A stretch of 64,000 bases of DNA from sequence record PP886230.1. One strand, given 5' to 3'. The notes beneath the pieces are model-generated. The model was not told where the DNA came from. It did not search any database and saw only the letters and a program-made list of their open reading frames with translations. Positions within the stretch are counted from its first letter, which is position 1. Each line of letters opens with the position of its first letter. Made by a program: the position numbers and the translations under genes. This document shows positions 26,304 to 36,851 of the stretch, piece by piece.

Positions 26304-26673
26304 AAGTACTGATAATATTAAGAGTTATACAAGCTCAAGTACTGTGACAATCGAAGTGAATTCTCTTAATGCTGGTAATACAGTAGATAAGTTCTTTATT
26401 GCTCAAGGGTACAGGAAAGATATTCATCAATATTGTTCAGTATATGGGGAGTACAATAGTACTGAAGATATAATTTATTGGTCAACACATCAAGATTATC
26501 TAACTAAAATTGGCGTTCCAGATGTTAGTACTTTATCTGAAGAAGAATACTTTCAGTACAGCTTAGTACATGATTTACCTATACCTTTAGGGTTAATCAA
26601 GGGTATACAGGAAGAGGTTCATAAGCTTAAATCCATGAGTAAAGGTACTTTCATTAGAACAGTGCAATACTAG
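26269..26673 (+). CDS. family B paralog
   Basis: EEEYFQYSLVHD. Confidence 0.85.
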   Translation: MVIMKNTQLSIKSTDNIKSYTSSSTVTIEVNSLNAGNTVDKFFIAQGYRKDIHQYCSVYGEYNSTEDIIYWSTHQDYLTKIGVPDVSTLSEEEYFQYSLVHDLPIPLGLIKGIQEEVHKLKSMSKGTFIRTVQY

Positions 26674-26674
26674 C

Positions 26675-26703
26675 TTGACAGTACTTTTCATTACTGATAT
26701 AGT
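26675..26703 (+). promoter_or_regulatory. sigma70 promoter
   Basis: TTGACA-17-TATAGT. Confidence 0.7.
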
Positions 26704-26732
26704 ACACTAACGTTAATCATAGGGTAAAAATT

Positions 26733-26978
26733 ATGTTAAATTTTTTAAATTTTCTTATCGTCTTGTGTATTGTTCTTGGGATTGCACCATTTGTATTGTA
26801 TTTCATGGATTCAGATGAAATGCAGAAGATGAATTGCACAAGGACAGGACAGAGTAGAGTAGAGACGATTCTTATGCCTGTTACGGTTATTGTTAACAAC
26901 ATGCCCATTACGAACATGGTCCCTACCCTAACGACAACGTACCAGTACTCTTGTACAGACGGAGAGAGGTGGAGATGA
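26733..26978 (+). CDS. single-pass membrane protein
   Basis: N-terminal hydrophobic FLIVLCIVLGIAPFVLYF. Confidence 0.75.
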   Translation: MLNFLNFLIVLCIVLGIAPFVLYFMDSDEMQKMNCTRTGQSRVETILMPVTVIVNNMPITNMVPTLTTTYQYSCTDGERWR

Positions 26979-27295
26979 AATTTAATATAGCAAAAACATC
27001 GAGTATATGTATTTTTGGTTATGCAGAAGAGTTAGGTGATATTGACATTCTTTTGTACAAAAAGGATGGTGTTATGCATTTCAAGTACCAGGATGAAGAG
27101 GCAGACAATTATCTTTTACCTAATTTAGTACAAATGCAGGAAGAGGAATTATTCCAGTACAGCTTAATATACGACATTGATATTTGCACGATGCCAGTAC
27201 TAATTAGTATTCAAAAAGTGATGCTCGATATGTATGATAAGCTAATACAAGGTACATCAGGGAGAATCATTGAAATCGATATACAAGACAATTAA
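26975..27295 (+). CDS. family B paralog
   Basis: EEELFQYSLIYD. Confidence 0.85.
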   Translation: MKFNIAKTSSICIFGYAEELGDIDILLYKKDGVMHFKYQDEEADNYLLPNLVQMQEEELFQYSLIYDIDICTMPVLISIQKVMLDMYDKLIQGTSGRIIEIDIQDN

Positions 27296-27488
27296 TCAAG
27301 AATGGAAGACCCAAAAGTACAGGGAATTCAACAGGAATTTTACAAAAGATGCATTGAATTTAAAAACAACAGAGTTTGATATGTTTATTTTTCTTGGAAC
27401 ACGTTCACAAGAACAATTTGTTCATTATTATATAAATTCGTTGCGAACGGAGATAGTATGCAAAACACAGGGTATTATAAAAAGGTAA
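27270..27488 (+). CDS. family A paralog
   Basis: FLGTRSQE. Confidence 0.8.
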   Translation: MKSIYKTINQEWKTQKYREFNRNFTKDALNLKTTEFDMFIFLGTRSQEQFVHYYINSLRTEIVCKTQGIIKR

Positions 27489-27724
27489 ACCAATATTTGT
27501 ACGCTACAAAGTACAGGGATTTTTGTTTAAAGGGTGGTGATGAAGATTTTTCTTTGCGATTATCAGAATTTAATCTGTTATTTTATCTTGGTACAAAAGA
27601 ACAAGAAGAAATGGCACAGAAATTTATCAAGCACCTTGTACAAAAAATTAATATGCAAATTTTGATGCTTAAGATACAGAATGAGATAAATGAATATGAA
27701 TCCAGAAATAGTTCAGGATCTTAA
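27458..27724 (+). CDS. family A paralog
   Basis: YLGTKEQE. Confidence 0.8.
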   Translation: MQNTGYYKKVNQYLYATKYRDFCLKGGDEDFSLRLSEFNLLFYLGTKEQEEMAQKFIKHLVQKINMQILMLKIQNEINEYESRNSSGS

Positions 27725-28082
27725 AAAAGTAATATTTCTTTTGAATACCAGAAGTGAATTGTATACAGAGTTAAAAGAGATTAATGCATTTTATCAGAAT
27801 TTTGTAATCCAAGAGATCAGTGATTTAATTACAGATGCATTATTTGAATTATCGGAGAAATACAAAGGTTCAGAGTTCAGTGTTAAGAATGTTATTCGTC
27901 CAAGTGCAAGGAAAATTATATTATCACATTTTACATTTGACAATAAAGATTTATTCAGTCATAATCCAAGTACAGCTTTATATTTTATTCCTGATTCAGA
28001 CAAAAATCATCCTATTCATTACGGATGGATTTTGTCATATATAGTACAAGGAAAGGAGTATCCTATTAAATGGAAAGATTAG
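27690..28082 (+). CDS. hypothetical protein
   Basis: coupled in array. Confidence 0.75.
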   Translation: MNMNPEIVQDLKKVIFLLNTRSELYTELKEINAFYQNFVIQEISDLITDALFELSEKYKGSEFSVKNVIRPSARKIILSHFTFDNKDLFSHNPSTALYFIPDSDKNHPIHYGWILSYIVQGKEYPIKWKD

Positions 28083-28231
28083 GGCGATTAGATTATTACA
28101 CAATTAATACAAATTATTTGTTGCGTAATATAAAATCCGATTACAAAATATGGATAAAGAACAGAGATAGCATGTGTTATGAATTTTATTTAGATTATGC
28201 TATCAAACGATTTTTAAGAGAAGAACATTAA
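28070..28231 (+). CDS. small hypothetical protein (53 aa)
   Basis: AAGGAG RBS; TAATG-coupled; below track cutoff. Confidence 0.6.
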   Translation: MERLGRLDYYTINTNYLLRNIKSDYKIWIKNRDSMCYEFYLDYAIKRFLREEH

Positions 28232-28434
28232 TGCAAAAGATTAATACGATAACATTAAATGCATTACAGGATTCATTATTAGATAGTATTAAGATGTATT
28301 ACAATATACATTTGAAGGGTGGTATTGATAATTACGATTATTATTTGAGTTTAATTACATTTGAGCACCTTTCAGTACAGGACAGGATTTTACATCCTAC
28401 AAATCCTAGGTATCCATCGATAGGTAAATTATGA
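28231..28434 (+). CDS. hypothetical protein
   Basis: coupled in array. Confidence 0.7.
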   Translation: MQKINTITLNALQDSLLDSIKMYYNIHLKGGIDNYDYYLSLITFEHLSVQDRILHPTNPRYPSIGKL

Positions 28435-28979
28435 ATGAGATAGAGTTATTAGCACACAAGATAAGTACAATAATGCTTATCCTCAATAACAACCATCCTA
28501 TATCGCATATAGATGGAATCCTGAGTCAGAGGACAGGTGGTAGTTTATATTTGTCCATAAACGCAGATATCGCAAGGAAATACATTGATATCGATGTTGA
28601 AATCGAATATGATACAACGGGGATTGTTGATGTAGGTGCATTAATCAGTTCAAATCCAGTATCAGCATCCCCATTGACCAAAGATGTTAGTACAGGATTC
28701 GAAGGATATTTGTGGTACAATACCAATGATGATTATTTTATATATCAGCATTCCAATACAAATTATGATGAAGACAAATTTCAGTTCATAGACCCTTATG
28801 ATGAAGCTGGCGTATTCCAACAATCATTAATCACAAAACCGCATGAGATGATGTATCTAATGTTATTCAGTACAATGCATTTGAATTCATTAATTAAAGG
28901 TTTAAAATTTTATATTCAATTAAATTTAGTCCATGTAGTTTATGATTTATTAATGCAAGGATATAGTTATGAAGTATAA
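28431..28979 (+). CDS. family B paralog
   Basis: EAGVFQQSLIT. Confidence 0.8.
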   Translation: MNEIELLAHKISTIMLILNNNHPISHIDGILSQRTGGSLYLSINADIARKYIDIDVEIEYDTTGIVDVGALISSNPVSASPLTKDVSTGFEGYLWYNTNDDYFIYQHSNTNYDEDKFQFIDPYDEAGVFQQSLITKPHEMMYLMLFSTMHLNSLIKGLKFYIQLNLVHVVYDLLMQGYSYEV

Positions 28980-29280
28980 AATGATGTATACCCCAGATAT
29001 GATTTATGTTGAATTAGAAGATGATGACGATGGGTGGAATTTGATTTATTCAAGAAGTTCAGGTTGGTACATGGCACATTTAAATGATTCGATAGTTACA
29101 GATTATTTTGTAGATTTCAATACATTATCCGATGAAGAATTGTTCCAACAGCAATTAGTGATTGACACGGGTGGTTATGATGTCTTATTATTAAAAAAGA
29201 TACAGAAAGCTGTTATTGATTTTAAGCCCATGATATGGCAAAGGAAATATTATGACCTCGAAGTACCGTACCAGCAATGA
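28969..29280 (+). CDS. family B paralog
   Basis: DEELFQQQLVID. Confidence 0.85.
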   Translation: MKYKMMYTPDMIYVELEDDDDGWNLIYSRSSGWYMAHLNDSIVTDYFVDFNTLSDEELFQQQLVIDTGGYDVLLLKKIQKAVIDFKPMIWQRKYYDLEVPYQQ

Positions 29281-29818
29281 AATTCAGTACACCTACGCTA
29301 ATGCAATCCTTATGGGACAAAAGTTAGCTTGTATTGTTGCAGCCTTATATAATGCCCAGAAATATCACAAGCGTCATTTCCACAAATGTATTGGTATTAT
29401 TCCATCGAAGTACAATACATATATTGTGTGCACGAGTCATTTTGATAAACGATTCAATACACCTGATACCCCAAATTCCCGTAGTGTTATTGGTCTTTTA
29501 GATTTCGCCCCTGGTGCTGTTATTGGAAAGAATGATTTAGAGTACGCATGGTATAATAAAAATTCCCCATTAGTAATGGTAACATATGATAAAGAAACGA
29601 ACAAAACAATAGAGTACAATACATATAAATCAGAGGAAGAATTTTTCCAAGGTTCATTGCTTGTACCAGTGCGTTTATTGTTTTATAATGTCATAATGAG
29701 TACAGTACACAATAGTCCATTACACAAGAATCACAAAATTAATTTCAATTTTTGTGCTTATGCGATTGATGGTGTATATGAGTGTTTAATGGAGGTATTG
29801 AGTTATGAAGCTGAATAA
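29252..29818 (+). CDS. family B paralog
   Basis: EEEFFQGSLL. Confidence 0.8.
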   Translation: MTSKYRTSNEIQYTYANAILMGQKLACIVAALYNAQKYHKRHFHKCIGIIPSKYNTYIVCTSHFDKRFNTPDTPNSRSVIGLLDFAPGAVIGKNDLEYAWYNKNSPLVMVTYDKETNKTIEYNTYKSEEEFFQGSLLVPVRLLFYNVIMSTVHNSPLHKNHKINFNFCAYAIDGVYECLMEVLSYEAE

Positions 29819-30146
29819 TACATTTGATATTAATAAGTTAAGAGAATGGTTTTATAGTATTGAAATTGAAGCCATCCCGTATCATAGATATGAACAATAT
29901 AATTTAACCAGTATTGATATCAGTGAGTTGTACGCGTATTATCAAAGTGCATTAGAGATGCATAAGTTATTTTTGAGTACAGATTTTGTTCTAAATTACA
30001 ATTTTGAGGAATTTAATAATTATAATTTAGTACAGAAATATGTAGTAGCAAAGTACATGTACCTTCAAGGAATTACAAGTATAGTGGAATTCAATACAGT
30101 CCTTGCTTTAGTTGAGGTAATTTTATGCAGTACATGTATGATTTAG
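29805..30146 (+). CDS. hypothetical protein
   Basis: coupled in array. Confidence 0.75.
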   Translation: MKLNNTFDINKLREWFYSIEIEAIPYHRYEQYNLTSIDISELYAYYQSALEMHKLFLSTDFVLNYNFEEFNNYNLVQKYVVAKYMYLQGITSIVEFNTVLALVEVILCSTCMI

Positions 30147-30631
30147 AGTTCAGCTTAGATGCTGCATTTAAATATGTTCACAAGATAGAAACAATATACA
30201 GTACATTATGTGCAATAAAATCAGTAACAGAAGAGCTTGATGTTGGTGAAAGGTATCAGGTGTGGAATAATTCATTTTTTAATAAAGAACATTCTGCGAC
30301 GGTATTTTATATTTTAGCATTTAATCCCAGCAATTGTTACCCAGAGAAGCATGAACGTTATCCAAATGACGACATGTGGTTTGAGTACAAAGAAGATGCT
30401 GATATGTCGTCAATTGAAGTTCCTGATGATTTTAATGCACAAGATTTAACAGAAGAGTGGTGGTTCCAGCAGAATTTAGTACATGATGATATTGATTTAT
30501 TTTTCTATATTGCATTTAAAATGCTTTATCACAACAATATAGTTAAAGAAAGTGTATCGTTTTCATGTCTATATATTGATGATTTGTACAATGAAATTCA
30601 AATAAACATGCCCAGAACGCCTGTATCGTAA
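30125..30631 (+). CDS. family B paralog
   Basis: EEWWFQQNLVHD. Confidence 0.85.
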   Translation: MQYMYDLEFSLDAAFKYVHKIETIYSTLCAIKSVTEELDVGERYQVWNNSFFNKEHSATVFYILAFNPSNCYPEKHERYPNDDMWFEYKEDADMSSIEVPDDFNAQDLTEEWWFQQNLVHDDIDLFFYIAFKMLYHNNIVKESVSFSCLYIDDLYNEIQINMPRTPVS

Positions 30632-30657
30632 GATATGGGCTTTTTTTCGTTTTGGTA

Positions 30658-30686
30658 TTGACATAGAAGACCAAAGCTGTTATCAT
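30658..30686 (+). promoter_or_regulatory. sigma70 promoter
   Basis: TTGACA-17-TATCAT. Confidence 0.7.
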
Positions 30687-31227
30687 GTGTATTCATTTTA
30701 AAGGAGAACATATAGTGAGTTTCATAATCCCAAGTACATACGAAGATGCATCAAGTGCAGTTCATAAGATTCATTATATTTTTAATTTAATTATTAGATC
30801 TGCAAAAATTAAAATGTATGCACCTCTTGTGACAAATAATCGAAATGAAGAAATTTTTATTAGCACAGACAAAATTATTTTTCCATATTTCAATGAAGAT
30901 AGATTGTGGTTCATACATTTAGCTGCATTACAAAAATATAAGATGTCAATTCGTAATAATTTGGTTATACCGTTATATCATCCAGATATTGGAGAGGATG
31001 AGTATTTTCAGTACAGTACAGTACATCGCCATGAAGATATCTTTGTTGCTATGCTTATTGCTAAATTGAACACCGTTGATTTGGAGTACCACAAATACAA
31101 TAATAAATCATGTAAGATCATAATCCCTGCATTCATAGCTCTTTATGATTATGTGGTGCATAACAAAAAAGATGATACATATGCTTTCAATGAAGAGTAT
31201 TTGGATTTTTTTAAGGATAACATATGA
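30685..31227 (+). CDS. family B paralog
   Basis: EDEYFQYSTVH. Confidence 0.8.
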   Translation: MCIHFKGEHIVSFIIPSTYEDASSAVHKIHYIFNLIIRSAKIKMYAPLVTNNRNEEIFISTDKIIFPYFNEDRLWFIHLAALQKYKMSIRNNLVIPLYHPDIGEDEYFQYSTVHRHEDIFVAMLIAKLNTVDLEYHKYNNKSCKIIIPAFIALYDYVVHNKKDDTYAFNEEYLDFFKDNI

Positions 31228-31763
31228 GCAGTACAACAGTATCAAAAGTACAGAAAGCAATGTCATTCAATGAAATTGGTACATTTAAAGATAAGATCAT
31301 TGATTGCCTTGAATACATGATTTGTAGTAATATCGAAAGTATCGAGATATTTAACAAGACAAATCGCTCTTACCATATGATGTACATTGCAAACAATAAT
31401 GGTATCATTCCATTTATTTCGGATAGTACAATATGGTACGCATGTGATACGAAAAAAACCACAATAGGTTTACATTTATTTGAGACACATTATGATCTAA
31501 TTATTCCTGAACATTGTATGCAAGAAGAAGAATATTTTCAAATGCAATGTATACATTCACCATTAGTGTTGTTTAGTTTATATATTATACCTTATATCAC
31601 CAAATGTGTTCATGACAATAAAGCTCCGTGGAATCATGAATTTGTATCGTTGAAGTTATTGTATAATGTATTAGTAGAATATTATGATTACAGGCACAAT
31701 GGTACAATCAGTGATGTATGGGATTTTGAATCGCTAAGGGTGAAAACATACACAGGTGAATGA
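31224..31763 (+). CDS. family B paralog
   Basis: EEEYFQMQCIH. Confidence 0.8.
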   Translation: MSSTTVSKVQKAMSFNEIGTFKDKIIDCLEYMICSNIESIEIFNKTNRSYHMMYIANNNGIIPFISDSTIWYACDTKKTTIGLHLFETHYDLIIPEHCMQEEEYFQMQCIHSPLVLFSLYIIPYITKCVHDNKAPWNHEFVSLKLLYNVLVEYYDYRHNGTISDVWDFESLRVKTYTGE

Positions 31764-31764
31764 T

Positions 31765-32379
31765 ATGACCAGAATTAAAATGTATGATTTGATGCAGTAC
31801 AGTAAAATTGCCATTCCAGTGCTTAATAAAGTGCTGGATGCATTCATTGCCAAATACCCTGAGAATTCAGTGTTATGTATTCCATTTAGTGTTCCAGATA
31901 AAGATGATATATTCCAAGTGAATGTCAGTACACGTGGTATTACATTACAGCAGAAATACATGGATACGGAATATTATGGAATAAAGTTGGATTCAGTACA
32001 GGGTTCAAAATCAGCCTATGATTTTTTTGTTCCTAATAATATAGAGTCATGGGAAACAAACATTTCAAAGAAAGATGAAAATGATGTTCCTATTAGTGGT
32101 GTGTTCAACAATAAAGTTTTTTATTATTACGAAACCGACAAATTCCCTGAAGAGTTATATTACAATTCAGAAATGAATGAAGATGTAGATGCATTCATGT
32201 TTCAATTATCTTTAGTACATGATATCATTGATGTTAAAGAGTTAAGAGCAGAAATCAATTTAGCTAAAGAGTTATCGGACATGCTGCCACCGTTTAGTAT
32301 GCTTTTTTGTGAAGGTGGTTATTTTTCAAAAGAAGTGTTTGAACATTTCGTAGATGTTGTAAAAGGGTTGGATATATAG
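31765..32379 (+). CDS. family B paralog
   Basis: DAFMFQLSLVHD. Confidence 0.8.
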   Translation: MTRIKMYDLMQYSKIAIPVLNKVLDAFIAKYPENSVLCIPFSVPDKDDIFQVNVSTRGITLQQKYMDTEYYGIKLDSVQGSKSAYDFFVPNNIESWETNISKKDENDVPISGVFNNKVFYYYETDKFPEELYYNSEMNEDVDAFMFQLSLVHDIIDVKELRAEINLAKELSDMLPPFSMLFCEGGYFSKEVFEHFVDVVKGLDI

Positions 32380-32380
32380 T

Positions 32381-32575
32381 ATGCTTACAGTTGATGTTAA
32401 ACAAAAATACCGTAAGTTTGATTGGTTCACCGACAGTTTCCAGCTTGAATTATTACATTTGAATATCTGTGAAACATTATGTGCAGAAACACAAGATGAA
32501 TTTGATGATAGAGTGATGAACATAGTAATGCTTTCTTGCTTTAAACATTTTGGTTATTTTTTCGGACAGAATTGA
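32381..32575 (+). CDS. hypothetical protein
   Basis: in array. Confidence 0.7.
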   Translation: MLTVDVKQKYRKFDWFTDSFQLELLHLNICETLCAETQDEFDDRVMNIVMLSCFKHFGYFFGQN

Positions 32576-32583
32576 GGTAAAAA

Positions 32584-33099
32584 ATGCATCAACACAAGCA
32601 TCATTCATATGATTTTGCAATTAACATTATGAAGTTCATTCGAGCGTTGGAGGATGGGAAGCTTAGTCATAAGTACACCAAAGTGGGTGACAATTGGTTC
32701 AGAAATGATGATGAGTTCAGAAGTCATAAGATTGTTTACAGCAATAATTACAGTGCCAATTACCTACAAGATGTAGTGATGTGTTTTGAATACGTGTTGC
32801 AGTTCAGGGGTTCAATCCAGGATGAGTTGATGGAGCACATGTACATCAGATACCTTCCAATGCTCAAAGATGAAAATGTATTATTAAATTCAATATACCA
32901 ACGAGTTCGTGAAATTGAGTGCAGGGATATATTAGATACAGAAGAATCGTATTTCCAGCAATCCCTGATTTATGCACCTGATTTATTACAGGTACATAAT
33001 TTGTTTAATACATTACGTCAAAACATCAGTACAGACATATTTTTGTCATTATCGGATTATGATACATTTGTCAAAGATTTAGAGGAAATAGGTTTATGA
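32584..33099 (+). CDS. family B paralog
   Basis: EESYFQQSLIY. Confidence 0.85.
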   Translation: MHQHKHHSYDFAINIMKFIRALEDGKLSHKYTKVGDNWFRNDDEFRSHKIVYSNNYSANYLQDVVMCFEYVLQFRGSIQDELMEHMYIRYLPMLKDENVLLNSIYQRVREIECRDILDTEESYFQQSLIYAPDLLQVHNLFNTLRQNISTDIFLSLSDYDTFVKDLEEIGL

Positions 33100-33440
33100 G
33101 TCGATTTTCGGTTTATATAGTAAACGTCAGTAAAGATGGTAGTTTAATTGAATTTGATGTAGTTGATAACAATGATAATTCATATGGTATTAAGGTACAG
33201 GACAATGATGTACAGTTCAGTACAAGGACAAATTTTGAGAATCCAGTCCAAGTTCCGAATTTCATAGAAGATGAAGCTGCACGATTCCAATACGAAACGG
33301 CATATGACAATGTACATATGCATATTATTATGCAACAGAGTTTAGTTCAATTAGTTCCTTTGTTCAGACAAAATATATATGTACATGAAGTGTCGATTAA
33401 TGGCATTCAAAGTTCCGTTTTGTTCGGTACAAATATGTAA
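33096..33440 (+). CDS. family B paralog
   Basis: EAARFQYETAYD. Confidence 0.75.
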   Translation: MSRFSVYIVNVSKDGSLIEFDVVDNNDNSYGIKVQDNDVQFSTRTNFENPVQVPNFIEDEAARFQYETAYDNVHMHIIMQQSLVQLVPLFRQNIYVHEVSINGIQSSVLFGTNM

Positions 33441-33450
33441 GGAAAGTACA

Positions 33451-33993
33451 ATGAGTTTATTAGATACATTAGAAAAAGACAGAAGTGCAATTAAGCGTTT
33501 AAAAGAGCAAGTACAAAAGATTGTATACAACGTTGATAAGTTTGAAGTCCCAGGAAGATTTGGTGATATTTCCCATACGGAGATCAAATCCCTTAAGTCA
33601 GATTTGTTGATTAAAAATAAAAATGGGTTGATTTTAGTTTTGAGTTCAGATATGATGGGGGCAACACATAGTTATAATGCAGTATCGGTGCGTTCAGAGT
33701 GTGAAGGTATATATCTATCACAGGGTTTCAATAGCGAGACACAGGTTTGTTTTTGTGATGCAGTACATGACCCTATGAAGTTCACGAGAAGTGAAGCCCA
33801 AGCGTTATTAGAGCTATCAGACGAGAGTTTGTTTCAGTACAGTACAATGTATGACAATGATAAGCTTCGTTGTATGTACGCTGTAAAGCATTATACACAG
33901 GAGTTCTCTGGATTTGCATACCTTTTAGTTAGAACCAATACCAGATATATTGATATGTTAGAAGATTACATCGATAAAGTTGTTAATGTATGA
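33451..33993 (+). CDS. family B paralog
   Basis: DESLFQYSTMYD; start moved from 33379. Confidence 0.85.
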   Translation: MSLLDTLEKDRSAIKRLKEQVQKIVYNVDKFEVPGRFGDISHTEIKSLKSDLLIKNKNGLILVLSSDMMGATHSYNAVSVRSECEGIYLSQGFNSETQVCFCDAVHDPMKFTRSEAQALLELSDESLFQYSTMYDNDKLRCMYAVKHYTQEFSGFAYLLVRTNTRYIDMLEDYIDKVVNV

Positions 33994-34015
33994 TGTATGA
34001 TTATGTGATGGTATA

Positions 34016-34183
34016 ATGCTGATGAAAGAGTTATTTGAAGATCAGTTCAATACATATGTGGATAATATTCTTTATTCCAGCCGTGCTAGTCAACGAGGAA
34101 ATCGTGCTTACAATATAGATTACCTATTAGTGGTGCTGAGTTCACAGTACACCTACGCTGTACAGAGGACATATTATGAATAA
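34016..34183 (+). CDS. small hypothetical protein (55 aa)
   Basis: overlaps next start; below track cutoff. Confidence 0.5.
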   Translation: MLMKELFEDQFNTYVDNILYSSRASQRGNRAYNIDYLLVVLSSQYTYAVQRTYYE

Positions 34184-34379
34184 TTTTAGAGATGTTGCTA
34201 AGGAGAAGTTCAAGTGCAGTTTAGATTTTGGGTTAAATGATTTTCTGACATGCACAATGTACAGGAATGATGATTATGAGCAATCCGTAATTTCGTTGCA
34301 CAGATATTTCGAAATAATTTACGCAAGATATCTTAGAAGGTTAGAGGGAATAGGGGATTGGAATTATGATTACGTTTGA
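34176..34379 (+). CDS. hypothetical protein
   Basis: GAGG RBS, coupled. Confidence 0.7.
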   Translation: MNNFRDVAKEKFKCSLDFGLNDFLTCTMYRNDDYEQSVISLHRYFEIIYARYLRRLEGIGDWNYDYV

Positions 34380-34590
34380 AGAGCCGGAAGTGGCATATTG
34401 CTTTAGTGTGAAAGGTTTTGAATTCATGATGGATTCTATTTTGAAGGATACATATTTGGTTCAGATTGCAGTTGCAGATAATACAGATAATGCATTACAG
34501 CGAGTATTGAATATATACGAGAGGACGAGTCGAAGGCTTTGTGCAATGAAAAGGATTGAAGAAATCAAGGTTTCTAGGCTGAATAAATAG
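34366..34590 (+). CDS. hypothetical protein
   Basis: coupled. Confidence 0.7.
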   Translation: MITFEEPEVAYCFSVKGFEFMMDSILKDTYLVQIAVADNTDNALQRVLNIYERTSRRLCAMKRIEEIKVSRLNK

Positions 34591-34788
34591 AGACGTTTCG
34601 TTTTGACAGGCCGCAGGGGGGGGTCAAAAAAATTTCCGCTGAAAAACATGCTAAGGTATATGTTTAATATAAAGTTTTATATTGTGTTTTTCAGAGTACA
34701 GTTCATGTTTCTTGAAACAAAAAATACCCCGCCGCCGAACGTTCTCCTTATATTGGAGTTTACCTTATTAATTATAGTAGAGATTAAG

Positions 34789-35166
34789 ATGGAAATAAAA
34801 TATAATGAATTTTGTGCAAGGACATGGATGTACACTGGTGAGTTAGTTACGCACTCTAACTTATACAAGGGTGATTTAAACTACGCTAGGGACAAGATTT
34901 TAAAGTACTGGAATGCTGACTTTTATTTGATGGATTTTAGTACTGGGTTTAGGGGTAAAGCAACCGAGATGTTGGACTATACAGTACTTGATGATGCTGC
35001 ACTGTTTCAGGAGGCATTAGTATTTGATAAGAAGTACATCTGTACATTAGAAGAGATGATTGAATTACAGCGTAGAATTAAATGTATTCACAGGGAATGT
35101 ATAGATATCTGGTGCAGTACTGGTGAAGATAATTTTTGTAATCATTTCAATCTAGGGGAAGTGTGA
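34789..35166 (+). CDS. family B paralog
   Basis: DAALFQEALVFD; start moved from 34603. Confidence 0.85.
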   Translation: MEIKYNEFCARTWMYTGELVTHSNLYKGDLNYARDKILKYWNADFYLMDFSTGFRGKATEMLDYTVLDDAALFQEALVFDKKYICTLEEMIELQRRIKCIHRECIDIWCSTGEDNFCNHFNLGEV

Positions 35167-35522
35167 TGGAATTTGATTTTTTAATATCAGTACATTCTTT
35201 TAAGAACAGTTATCAGTACTTTTGTAATTTAAACAAAGGTGATTTAATGCACAGTGCGAATGAGTATATTCATTACACTCAGGGTAAATTTACATTCATT
35301 GATTACAGTTCATTACAGTATCCACACCAAGATATGCCGGACTATACATTAATGGATACCGCAGAACTATTCCAAGAATCATTAGTATTTGATAAGAAGT
35401 ACTTGTGTACATTTGAAGAAGTTATTGCAATACAAAATGAAATGAAAGAGTATGCTGCTTTGCATAAACCCAATGCAAGTATTAATCAAGAATACAAATT
35501 CAATTTAGGAATTCAAGAATGA
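35163..35522 (+). CDS. family B paralog
   Basis: TAELFQESLVFD. Confidence 0.85.
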   Translation: MMEFDFLISVHSFKNSYQYFCNLNKGDLMHSANEYIHYTQGKFTFIDYSSLQYPHQDMPDYTLMDTAELFQESLVFDKKYLCTFEEVIAIQNEMKEYAALHKPNASINQEYKFNLGIQE

Positions 35523-35878
35523 CATATGATTATTCTATGTACTATTATAAGTTACCTAAAGGATGGGACTTGTGCTGTAATCTTATTAAGGGCGACTCGG
35601 AACATGAGTTGAGTTTATATATGCATTACAAAGATTCTTGTTTTAAATTTATTCATGTATCACATGACGACTATGACTATGAATCTGAGAGTCTTATAGA
35701 TTATACAGTACTGGACGATGGCGAACTATTTCAGGCTGCATTAGTGTTTGATAAGAATAAGTACTCCTGTACATTTGAAGAAATGGTTTCTTTGCAAAAT
35801 GAAATGAAGAGATTTGAAAAAGAAAACGTATTTAATCCATCCCCATCAAGAACGAATAATTATTATTTCAATATATGA
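35519..35878 (+). CDS. family B paralog
   Basis: DGELFQAALVFD. Confidence 0.85.
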   Translation: MTYDYSMYYYKLPKGWDLCCNLIKGDSEHELSLYMHYKDSCFKFIHVSHDDYDYESESLIDYTVLDDGELFQAALVFDKNKYSCTFEEMVSLQNEMKRFEKENVFNPSPSRTNNYYFNI

Positions 35879-35887
35879 GATTATAAA

Positions 35888-36379
35888 ATGACATTACAGA
35901 GTTCATTGGAAAAAGCAAAGAAGATTCATGAGTACATGAATATGGCAAAAGAAGGTTCAGTTTACGGTGTTTTCAAAGACACAAGTACTCAATATTATGT
36001 ACCGGATAACCTCCTTTATAATGACTGCTCAGATACAGAAACGTGCGTACTGGATACAGAAACGTGCATACTAGATACCGACCCTAATGATTATGAATGC
36101 TTCATTAATATGCATAATGAGTACATGGTCTATATTAATGATACAGATACCATCAACAGTACTGACAGCGATTCCAATGACATTATAATTCCGAGTGAAG
36201 TACTGGAAGGTCCGTGGGATAGTGAAGAGTATTACTTCCAACAAAGTACTGTATACGATGATGAAGTACTTGATGTTATTATAATTATGTGGTACTTTAA
36301 AAGTATTGGTTCTGGGAACTTCTATTTCGATTACAAATACGTAAAGAAAACTGTAGATAACGGTATTAACAGGGGTTGA
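35888..36379 (+). CDS. family B paralog (GPWDSEEYYFQ subfamily)
   Basis: EEYYFQQSTVYD; internal 21-bp tandem duplication (DTETCVL/DTETCIL). Confidence 0.85.
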   Translation: MTLQSSLEKAKKIHEYMNMAKEGSVYGVFKDTSTQYYVPDNLLYNDCSDTETCVLDTETCILDTDPNDYECFINMHNEYMVYINDTDTINSTDSDSNDIIIPSEVLEGPWDSEEYYFQQSTVYDDEVLDVIIIMWYFKSIGSGNFYFDYKYVKKTVDNGINRG

Positions 36380-36380
36380 A

Positions 36381-36851
36381 ATGAGTTTAGAAAGAGCATT
36401 AGAGATTGCGAAGTTAATTGATTTATGCAGCAAAGAAATTGTAGCAAATTGTCTTAATGGATATCTATTCAAGGAAGGTAAATCTTATTGTCGAATGAGA
36501 TACGATGACAGTAGTGAGTACATTCACATGTATGAAGAAAACTTAGATTCTTCTGAAACAACACTCAATGGGTGTGATGTTAATTTGGAAGATAATTACA
36601 TGTACTTCTGTCGTGATGCTGATATTTTAATACAAGATTCTGACATTATATCTGGTGCAGCAGAGAAACATCTTCCATATTCAGTACTGGATAATGACTG
36701 GGGAAGTGAAGAGTACTACTTCCAGCAGAATACTATCTACGCAGAAGATGTACTTGACAAGCTTGTCATTCTGTGGTACTTTAATAATACAGATTGTCCT
36801 AGCTTCTATTTGGACTTGGATCTACTACGAGTTATAAAAGAGGATATATGA
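36381..36851 (+). CDS. family B paralog (GPWDSEEYYFQ subfamily)
   Basis: WGSEEYYFQQNTIY. Confidence 0.85.
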   Translation: MSLERALEIAKLIDLCSKEIVANCLNGYLFKEGKSYCRMRYDDSSEYIHMYEENLDSSETTLNGCDVNLEDNYMYFCRDADILIQDSDIISGAAEKHLPYSVLDNDWGSEEYYFQQNTIYAEDVLDKLVILWYFNNTDCPSFYLDLDLLRVIKEDI

